From contig JASFRG010000001.1 of NCBI GenBank assembly GCA_050115035.1, positions 24,932-88,931 of the forward strand: DNA of 64,000 nucleotides, read 5' to 3'. How positions within the stretch are numbered: position 1 is the first letter of the stretch; each line of letters starts with the position of its first letter. The position numbers and the translations under genes are program-made. Source of the DNA: Anaerolineales bacterium (GTDB taxonomy: Bacteria; Chloroflexota; Anaerolineae; Anaerolineales; Villigracilaceae). Below are positions 56,829 through 64,000 of the stretch, in pieces. A model generated the notes under the pieces. It worked only from the letters and a program-made list of their open reading frames with translations. It had not been told where the DNA came from and did no database searches.

Positions 56829-56866
56829 GTAACTGCTACTTTGATATTCACTAATGGGACCTTGCT

Positions 56867-57136
56867 ATGCCCTCTACCCCACTAACTGACACATCCCCTG
56901 CTGCGGAGCGCCTGCAAATCGAACTGATGCGACAAGCTCCTACCTGGCGCAAAGCCTATCTGGTCGGGCAGATGACCGAATCAATACGCTTGCTAACTTA
57001 CACTGGGCTTCGCCAACGCCATCCCCAGGCCACACCGGATCAACTACGAAGGATGTTGGCAGAATTGTGGCTGGGACCGGAATTGGCAGCTCGTGTATAT
57101 GGCCCGCTACCGGAGGAAAACGCTCTTGCTGCCTGA
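56867..57136 (+). CDS. Small helical protein paired with the downstream nucleotidyltransferase
   Basis: 89 aa. Its 3' end overlaps the next ORF by 44 nt. Confidence 0.5.
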   Translation: MPSTPLTDTSPAAERLQIELMRQAPTWRKAYLVGQMTESIRLLTYTGLRQRHPQATPDQLRRMLAELWLGPELAARVYGPLPEENALAA

Positions 57137-57695
57137 ACCGATCGCAGTGACCTTGCAAGTTGCAGATGTCCTGGAAACGCTAGGTGTGCCTTATTTCATC
57201 GGTGGCTCGCTTGCCAGTGCCATTCATGGCATCAGCCGCGCCACAATGGATGTGGATATCGTTGCAGATTTACAGGCAAAGCATGTACAACTCTTAGTCA
57301 GGTTACTTGCAGACGCATTTTTCATAGACGATGAATCGCTTCGCAAGGCCGTTCGCGAACATGGTAGTTGCAATTTCATTCACCGGGATACGATGTTCAA
57401 GGTGGACATATTCGTCCGAAAAACGAGGCCCTTCGACCAATCTCAACTTGACCGCCGAGAACGACAATCCCTGGCCACCGAGCCGGAGCGTTTTGCATAT
57501 GTCGCTTCTGCTGAAGATATGATTCTGGCTAAATTGGAATGGTATCGTCTCGGAGGTGAAGTTTCCGAGCGACAGTGGCGCGATGTCCAGAATATTCTGA
57601 AAGTACAGGGAGATCGTCTTGATGAAGTTTATTTGCGAAAATGGGCCGCTCAATTGGGGGTCATAGACTTGCTTGAGCGCGCTCTGGCTGAATGA
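57093..57695 (+). CDS. Minimal nucleotidyltransferase (MNT/pol-beta-fold) family protein
   Basis: [21 protein letters not shown] fits G[GS]-x(9-13)-DxD. GTG start as listed; the exact start is uncertain. Confidence 0.65.
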   Translation: MYMARYRRKTLLLPEPIAVTLQVADVLETLGVPYFIGGSLASAIHGISRATMDVDIVADLQAKHVQLLVRLLADAFFIDDESLRKAVREHGSCNFIHRDTMFKVDIFVRKTRPFDQSQLDRRERQSLATEPERFAYVASAEDMILAKLEWYRLGGEVSERQWRDVQNILKVQGDRLDEVYLRKWAAQLGVIDLLERALAE

Positions 57696-57702
57696 ACGCT
57701 AC

Positions 57703-58020
57703 ATGCTAAAAATGGACACCTGGTATACCAAAGAACTGGGCGATGGGATCATGGCCAGCACCCCTGCGGAAGAAATCAGACAGGCTTTTCAGCGCGCTGT
57801 TCAATCTGAAGGAGCGCTGCCGGAGATGGCTGTTTTTACGAGACTTGAATCGGAAGGCCGGCTGCACTGCGAAAGGATCGTCTACTTTTCTCCGGCCGCC
57901 AGGGAGCTCGCCCTGGCTTTCGAAGCCCAGCCGTGCGCAAAACCGACGCGGGCAGGGTTGGGTCTGCTGGCAGGCCCGCAGGAGTCCTGGGCGCTGCTCT
58001 TCCCGGAAAGCGCCGGATAG
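57703..58020 (+). CDS. Hypothetical protein
   Basis: 105 aa from ATG 57703 (MLKMDTWYTKELGDG). No motif recognised. Confidence 0.5.
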   Translation: MLKMDTWYTKELGDGIMASTPAEEIRQAFQRAVQSEGALPEMAVFTRLESEGRLHCERIVYFSPAARELALAFEAQPCAKPTRAGLGLLAGPQESWALLFPESAG

Positions 58021-58280
58021 AGCTCCCTGAAGGATATTTGAAGAAAGATTGAACCGGGACCTCACATAGGCGCAGCACTGTTTTCCCTTCCGCTTGACCC
58101 GACAATGAAAAAGCCTATAATCTAAAATAAAGAACCGTGATAAGTGCCCGACCAACGTGATATTGGTGGGTGAGGTCATCTTTTGTCTGCGGTACCTTAC
58201 CCCATCATAAATATGGTTTCCGGGTACCAGCTAGAAAATGTGATCGGGGGCTGTCATGTTTTTTGATTGGAGCAGCCACA

Positions 58281-59210
58281 ATGAAGAAGGAAGAGGCGCT
58301 TGATTTATTGAGAAGGGGCGAATCGAGCATTTGGAACGAGTATCGAAAAAGACACCCTAACTGGGCCCCGAATTTCGAAGGCGAAGATCTCTCCGATCTC
58401 GATTTCCACCCCATAAATAAAGAACCATTCGACCTGTCCCATGCAAATTTAGTCGCCGCGAAACTCCCCTCCATCGATAAGCTGCTTCCATTTGGGGACC
58501 AATTCAGGCCCGGAAATAATTCTATTCTTATCAATGCCATCGCACCGACCTCCGCTGAAGATGCAGAAAGTATTCAGGATATATTTCAGCATATTTCAAA
58601 AGACATGCTTGAAGGCGGACCCCTTTCAGGCGCGTTGATCAGTCTCTCCACCACCATCGAAGGCGGTACCAACCTGGCTCTGCTGGTGAAATTCGGGGCA
58701 GTGTTCGTAACCGAAGATGAACTCAAGAGACGCAGAGCATCCGTCCCGCATAAGGTGTTCATCAGTTACGCCTGGGCGGATGAGCAGGTGGTTCTTGCCA
58801 TCGAGCAATGGCTTCGTTTGCGCGGTCTGGACACGACCATCGACAAGAGAGACTTTTTTGCAGGCGCAAAAATCCGGAACGAGATCATGCGGAATATGAG
58901 CGCTGCGGACGTGATCCTTATTTTTCACTCCGAACGCTCTAAAGATAAGCCCTGGATCGATTTCGAACGTGAATTTGCAGCCGACCTCGAAATGGATGCG
59001 AAGCAGGCCGGCCAGGAACCTCCTCGGATCATTTTTGTCGTCATCGACGGCACCCGCCTGCCGGATGCGACAGAAAGAAACCGGCTGGCCATTATGGCCA
59101 AAGGCAAGCGGTTCGAAGAAGTCTGTCAGGAAATCTATGACAATATCCTGCTCATTCCACGGACGAGCAGCGACATCGATCTGGAGCAATTCAAGGATTA
59201 TAAATTTTAG
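58281..59210 (+). CDS. TIR-domain protein with a pentapeptide-repeat-like N-terminal region
   Basis: ATG 58281 lies 8 nt after GGAG. N-terminus LLRRGESSIWNEYRKRHPNWAPNFEGEDLSDLDF...SHANLVAAKL. C-terminal KVFISYAWADEQ...DVILIFHSERS...IIFVVIDG is TIR-like. Confidence 0.75.
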   Translation: MKKEEALDLLRRGESSIWNEYRKRHPNWAPNFEGEDLSDLDFHPINKEPFDLSHANLVAAKLPSIDKLLPFGDQFRPGNNSILINAIAPTSAEDAESIQDIFQHISKDMLEGGPLSGALISLSTTIEGGTNLALLVKFGAVFVTEDELKRRRASVPHKVFISYAWADEQVVLAIEQWLRLRGLDTTIDKRDFFAGAKIRNEIMRNMSAADVILIFHSERSKDKPWIDFEREFAADLEMDAKQAGQEPPRIIFVVIDGTRLPDATERNRLAIMAKGKRFEEVCQEIYDNILLIPRTSSDIDLEQFKDYKF

Positions 59211-59383
59211 AGACTGGCAGATCATCCCCTGATCCCGTTAAGGGAACGTATAGACATGTCAGTCCTGGGAGATTGATCCCGGAACTCGAAGCACCAGCAG
59301 CGAGGCTGTTGTGCAGATACATATCGTGAAGGTCTGTTTGTGTGGGAGATGTGGTAGAGTCAGGACAGCGAGAGGAATAATCC

Positions 59384-59911
59384 ATGTCCGCTGAAAATAA
59401 TGTACTTGTTAGACATGCCAGAGAGCAAGATATCCCCACAGTTCTGGAAATCGATGCGGAGGCTTTCTCCCCTTACGGAATCGCAGAGAAGCCAGAAACG
59501 TTTCAACAACGACTGACAGCTTTCCCAGATGGTTTCATTATCCTGGTCACAAATCATGAAATTGCAGCCTTTGGTTGTTCGGAAAAATGGTCCATTGAGC
59601 GCGAGCCAGGCCTGGACGAGGACCCTTCTGTGACTCACCAAGAGGATGGCAGAGTGTTCTGCATCACCGCCATGGCTGTCAAAAAGAAGTATCAAGGGCG
59701 AGGCTTTAGCTTGCTCATGCTTGATAAGCTGATTGAGGTTGCCCACAACCATGGTTGCAGGAAAATAATTTTAGAGACATCGCATTCCCAGGAACTGTAT
59801 CAAAAACGAGGCTTCAAGACGGATCAAAACCGCACGGAAGGCGAGGTTTCGTTGGATGTAATGTCTCTTGAAATTGAATCCTATGGCAGCCAGGCGAAAA
59901 CAGAGGCGTAA
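59384..59911 (+). CDS. GNAT-family N-acetyltransferase
   Basis: ITAMAVKKKYQGRGFSLLMLDKLIE acetyl-CoA-binding motif. Confidence 0.8.
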   Translation: MSAENNVLVRHAREQDIPTVLEIDAEAFSPYGIAEKPETFQQRLTAFPDGFIILVTNHEIAAFGCSEKWSIEREPGLDEDPSVTHQEDGRVFCITAMAVKKKYQGRGFSLLMLDKLIEVAHNHGCRKIILETSHSQELYQKRGFKTDQNRTEGEVSLDVMSLEIESYGSQAKTEA

Positions 59912-59944
59912 AGCGGTCATCCCTGCGCAGGGAATTTCGAAGGC

Positions 59945-60346
59945 TTATTTCCCAAACACATCCTTCCATAACAATATTCCACCAATCCCCATAACGACAA
60001 TTGCCAAGCTGTATGTGATCAGCAGTCCAATCGCGATCCCCCATTGCAAACTGCCTGGCATCACATCTCCCAAAACCATCAGGACAACGACCGAACCAGC
60101 GGCCAGGCCGCAGGCCCAGAACATGATCCTGCGCCGTAGTCTGGCGCGCAGCGCTCCCCAGATGAGGAGGGCGCCGCCCGCGAAGGCCACCAGCCCCAGC
60201 TCCACGGGCATGAGATAGTCAAAGCGGTAGATGCCGTCCGTGACCAGGGAGAATAAACCCAGGAGCACCGGCGCAAGAACTGGAAACCACACCAAAACCG
60301 TCCCAAGGACGGCAAGAATTTTCGAGAGTGTATCTTTCTTCCCCAC
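59945..60346 (-). CDS. Four-TM membrane protein
   Basis: 133 aa. GTG start 6 nt after GAAGGAGG. Confidence 0.6.
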   Translation of the reverse strand: MGKKDTLSKILAVLGTVLVWFPVLAPVLLGLFSLVTDGIYRFDYLMPVELGLVAFAGGALLIWGALRARLRRRIMFWACGLAAGSVVVLMVLGDVMPGSLQWGIAIGLLITYSLAIVVMGIGGILLWKDVFGK

Positions 60347-60391
60347 GTTGTACCTCCTTCTCAGGCGCGTTTAATTGATTTATATCGATCG

Positions 60392-60575
60392 ACCCGCCCG
60401 GACGTAAACGTCTGGGCTATTTCTACGAAGCCTGCTTCGCAGGCTTATCCCCTACGGGGATAAGCCCCCCAGGGGCTTCCTACTTTTAGCCGGGGACTTA
60501 AGTCCCCGGCGATTGCGGAATGAGATTCTATAGAATCTAAATGCTCCTCCTTGCCCCATGCGGGGTGCTTTACCC
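60392..60575 (+). repeat. Hairpin-mosaic intergenic repeat, copy 2
   Basis: CCCGGACGTAAACGTCTGGG CTATTTCTACGAAGCC ... AAGCCCCCCAGGGGCTTCCTACTTTTAGCCGGGGACTTAAGTCCCCGGCGATTGC, then ATTCTATAGAAT and TTGCCCCATGCGGGG. Confidence 0.8.
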
Positions 60576-60647
60576 CAGTACGGAGTATATACTTCCTTGG
60601 CAGCATTCCGCCACCTTAGTAGTTTTTAGATTTCTCGATTCCTCTTC

Positions 60648-63026
60648 TTACTTACTCCGACCACTAAAGCGGGCCAGTTCTTCAGCCATATCCGCCAGGC
60701 GCTGGTTGGCGCGGTAGAAAACGCTCTCCGGGGCAAAACCGGGTTCATCTTGTATCCCAGCCGGGAGGCCGGTCAGTACCTCAATCCCTTCCGCGATAGT
60801 ATCCACCAACCAGATGTGGAACTTCTCCGCTTCTACCGCCGCGATGATCTCCTGTTTGAGCATCAGGTTGGAGCGGTTGCTGGCCGGGATCATGACGCCC
60901 TGTTCGCCGGTCAGCCCTTTGGCCTTGCAGACCGCGTAAAAGCCTTCGATCTTCTCGTTCACACCCCCGATGGCCTGCACTTCGCCCTTCTGGTCCACCG
61001 AACCGGTCACGGCGATGCCCTGTTTGATTGGCAGGCCTGAGAGTGCTGACAGGATGGCATACAACTCCGTGCTGGAGGCGCTGTCGCCGTCCACGCCGCC
61101 GTAGTTCTGTTCGAAGACCAGGTGCGCGTTCAGACTGAGCGGCTTATCCTGCGCAAATACCCCTGCCAGATAGCCCGCCAGGATGAGCACACCCTTGGTG
61201 TGGACCGGTCCGCTCATCTCGGCTTCCCGTTCCACATTGACCACGCCGCTCTCCCCCAACCCGATACTGGCGGTAATGCGGCTGGGCTGCCCGAAAGAAA
61301 TATCACCCAGTTGCAGCACCGACAACCCGTTGACCTGTCCCAGCGCTTCGCCAGTCACCTCGATCTTGATCACGTCCCTGGCGATTAGCTCCTGGATACG
61401 TTCCTGGATCAGCGCCGAGCGGTAGTAGCGTTCGTCGATGGCTTTTACTATGTGAACCGCTGTCACCAATTCAGTCTTTTCCTGCCGGGCATAGTAGCTG
61501 GCTTCGCGGATCACATCCGCAATCTCACCAAAGCGCGTGGATAATTTCTCCTGGTCCTCTGCCAGACGCGAACCATGCTCGACCACGCGCGCCAAGCCTG
61601 AGGGGTCGAGATGCGTCAGGTCTTCCGTCGCACACAGGGCGCCTACAAAGCTGGCGTACTCTTGAATGTGCGCATCCGTGCGTTCCATCTGTGAGTCGAA
61701 ATCAGCTTTTACCTTGAAAAGTTCGATGAAATGTTCGTCGTAGGCCAGCAGCAACTGGTAGATTTCCCCCCGGCCAACCAGGACCACCTTGGCATCCAAA
61801 GGGACGGGCTCCGGGCGCAGGCTCTTGGTAGTAAAGACAGGCTGTTCGATAGGCTGCTCGATGGCGATCTCGCTGTTCCGCAGGCAGCGTTTCAAACTCT
61901 CCCAGGTGAAGGGGTTGCGGATCACATCTTCCGCAGGCAGGACGAGATAGCCGCCGTTGGCTTTGTGCAGCGAGCCGCCGCGGATCAGCGTGAAATCGGT
62001 CACCAATGCGCCCATAAAGGCCTCCTGCTCGATGCGCCCGAACAGGTTGCTATAGGTGGGGTTCATTTCGACAACCACCGGCGCGCCTTGTAATTTGTTG
62101 TTATCCACCAGGATATTGACCTGGTATTTGTCGGTCGGCGTGCGCTTCGCTCCCGGGAGGCGCGGCTCATTTTCTTCGGCCTGCGGCTTGAACTGGGGAA
62201 TATTCTCAAGGATATCCTTTTCAATCGACTTCAAGAAATCCAGGATATCGGACTGGGCTTTGTATTTTTCGAGCAAGCGCTCCAGCGCGTGCTGCAGCAC
62301 AAACTGGACCACCTGACGGTCGAGCTTTTCCAGTGCTTCCTGGGCGCTGTTATCCAGGCTGCGCGTCTGGCGTAAGGCGTTTTCGACCTCGTTCTGGATC
62401 TTTTCCTGCGTAGCTTTCATCCCTTCGCGCTCAGCCTCAGACAGCCCCAGGAAATCCGCTTCGCTCATCGGTTTCCCTTCTTTGACCGGAACGGGGATAA
62501 CGCCCATGGGCGTGGCCTGCAAGCCGAATCCGTTCTTCCGGGCGAACGCGCCCACGTTTTCGATCAGCTTCTCCTTCTGCTCCTGGAAAGAACTCAGCGC
62601 GTTCTCGCGCTCGCTGGCATATTGTTCGCTCTCAAAGGCAGCCCGGATCTCCTGCGTGATGGATTTGATAAAGCCTTCGGTATCCTTTTGGAACTCGTGC
62701 GCCTGCCCGGCAGGCAAGCGGATGGCGTGCGGCCGGTAGTTATCCTCAAAATTATTGACGTAGCACCAATCATCGGGTGCCGGTTTGGCGCTGGCGATTT
62801 CGTCTAGGAAACGTTCGATGGCGGTCGTACGTCCGGTGCCAGGGCGGCCAGCCACGAAGATATTAAAGCCCTTATCCTGGATGTCCAACCCGAAACGCAT
62901 GGCGCGTACGGCCCGGTCCTGTCCGATAATGGTCCCCTTTGCGCTGACCTCCGCGCTGCTGCTGTATTTCATCGTCTGCGGGTCACAGGGAATGTGAAGC
63001 TCGCTCGCAGATAGTTTGTGGATCAT
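60648..63026 (-). CDS. Lon-related ATP-dependent protease (AAA+ plus S16 protease domain)
   Basis: Walker A GRPGTGRT. C-terminal GPVHTKGV...GGVDGDSASSTELYAILS...GSVDQKGEVQAIGG is a Lon Ser-Lys protease pattern. Confidence 0.85.
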   Translation of the reverse strand: MIHKLSASELHIPCDPQTMKYSSSAEVSAKGTIIGQDRAVRAMRFGLDIQDKGFNIFVAGRPGTGRTTAIERFLDEIASAKPAPDDWCYVNNFEDNYRPHAIRLPAGQAHEFQKDTEGFIKSITQEIRAAFESEQYASERENALSSFQEQKEKLIENVGAFARKNGFGLQATPMGVIPVPVKEGKPMSEADFLGLSEAEREGMKATQEKIQNEVENALRQTRSLDNSAQEALEKLDRQVVQFVLQHALERLLEKYKAQSDILDFLKSIEKDILENIPQFKPQAEENEPRLPGAKRTPTDKYQVNILVDNNKLQGAPVVVEMNPTYSNLFGRIEQEAFMGALVTDFTLIRGGSLHKANGGYLVLPAEDVIRNPFTWESLKRCLRNSEIAIEQPIEQPVFTTKSLRPEPVPLDAKVVLVGRGEIYQLLLAYDEHFIELFKVKADFDSQMERTDAHIQEYASFVGALCATEDLTHLDPSGLARVVEHGSRLAEDQEKLSTRFGEIADVIREASYYARQEKTELVTAVHIVKAIDERYYRSALIQERIQELIARDVIKIEVTGEALGQVNGLSVLQLGDISFGQPSRITASIGLGESGVVNVEREAEMSGPVHTKGVLILAGYLAGVFAQDKPLSLNAHLVFEQNYGGVDGDSASSTELYAILSALSGLPIKQGIAVTGSVDQKGEVQAIGGVNEKIEGFYAVCKAKGLTGEQGVMIPASNRSNLMLKQEIIAAVEAEKFHIWLVDTIAEGIEVLTGLPAGIQDEPGFAPESVFYRANQRLADMAEELARFSGRSK

Positions 63027-63584
63027 GTTACTCCTCTCCCGGGGTGTGGTCCCTTACCTACCCGTCAATCTCTTTAAATTTATTGTAGAGCGGATGGAGC
63101 GGCAATTCAAGTACATTTAAGGCATTCTTAAAGAGAACGATGCTATCTATTAAAGTGAGTCATGGATAAGGAAAAATGACAGCTCTTATTTCTTTATCAC
63201 TACCCATATCGGTAAGAGCAAAAACGATCAGAACGGGCTTTTAGTCCCCTGTATTAGTAGCAAATAAGAATTAGGCGATTCCCTTAAAACTCACCTGTCC
63301 CCCCTCAGAATATGATATAAGAAAGTCAGCTCTGCTGTGTTCGTGATGTTGCGTCTCGGTTTTGTGCCAACACTCTCATATAGGGCTCTGATCTCACAGA
63401 AATAACGCGATAGGCCTGAGCCAAGGCGGCGTTTCTGGGTAGGGGCCCACCCTGCGAAGGCAGGTTCAAAACTTTGCAGCACACGGCATCAGCGGGCCCC
63501 TTTGCAAGGGAGCAGGTCTGGCAGGAATTCCTGTCAGACCTTTGATTTAAGGGGGAACAGGAAATACGGAATTGTTATTTCTCG

Positions 63585-64000
63585 CTACAACCCGGCTTCT
63601 TCGAGCAATTTGTCTATCACATGAATTGTAACTTTATGGTGGTGCGCACGCATGTTCTCAAGCATCCGGCGGGCATGCGGTTTTGCCCAATCGGATGCTA
63701 CCAAAGCCCGGAAAATTTCAAGATTGTAACTTAGAACACCAATCCGGCCTGTGAACTCTTCAACCTGCGGCAGGATGTCACGATAACCGCTGGTAATGCA
63801 GACGGCATAGAAGAAGGCATATAACACTGCAGCATTCTTGCCCCGCAGGTCGAGAACATCTTCTATAAACTGGCAGTCTTCCACCGGAATTTGTTTGGGC
63901 AGGGCCTGAAGAAAGGCCAATGTTTGGATATTAAGCCAGTCCGTCACCTGTCCCCTAGTAGGCCGGGTCCCGTTTTTGTAGGCCGTCAAAACATCCTGGA
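63585..64000 (-). CDS. C-terminal (leukotriene-A4-hydrolase-C-like) part of an M1 aminopeptidase; 5' part lies outside the window
   Basis: The ORF is open to the window edge. The helical repeat sequence resembles the C-terminal domain of LTA4H-type M1 peptidases. Confidence 0.6.
   Translation of the reverse strand, partial: QDVLTAYKNGTRPTRGQVTDWLNIQTLAFLQALPKQIPVEDCQFIEDVLDLRGKNAAVLYAFFYAVCITSGYRDILPQVEEFTGRIGVLSYNLEIFRALVASDWAKPHARRMLENMRAHHHKVTIHVIDKLLEEAGL

Noticed and set aside
63291-63482. 63-aa minus-strand ORF
   Set aside because: It lies in the structured GC-rich spacer and has no RBS. It is likely a translation of hairpin sequence.
1-64000. CRISPR arrays and rRNA genes
   Set aside because: I saw no regularly spaced 25-40 nt direct repeats and no rRNA-like conserved blocks when reading either strand.

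Overview
64-kb chromosomal segment of a moderately GC-rich bacterium. Gene content and repeat types suggest a Chloroflexota/Anaerolineae-like organism, but that is inference only. Most of the window is housekeeping and signalling: a thrC-like/REC fusion, a three-gene two-component cluster, trmFO, hflX, pckA, an AspC-type aminotransferase, fabD-rpmF, secDF, hpt and several peptidases. Four accessory stretches stand out. (i) About 23.3-30.9 kb holds small unrelated minus-strand genes; the part from 25.6 kb rightwards is clearly AT-rich. The gene junctions carry repeats with GTTAGGY cores and GC-rich hairpin modules, and a complete endonuclease-less group II intron (23438-25493) sits inside one repeat. 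This looks like an integron cassette array, but no integrase is present and the attC-type pairing is weak. (ii) 45.8-51.2 kb is a single ~1.8k-aa ORF combining two lipase-type alpha/beta-hydrolase modules, a CHAT caspase-like protease and a TPR-like tail. A ~300-nt promoter-to-terminator structured RNA candidate follows it directly. (iii) 54.1-60.3 kb is bracketed by two direct copies of a hairpin-mosaic repeat. It holds a protealysin-like M4 peptidase, orphan ORFs, an MNT-type nucleotidyltransferase pair, a TIR-domain protein and a GNAT. (iv) 14.1-16.2 kb is a low-GC orphan 692-aa membrane protein. I saw no rRNA, tRNA or CRISPR array. Start codons were refined by eye from RBS context, and all domain calls come from motif recognition, not database searches.
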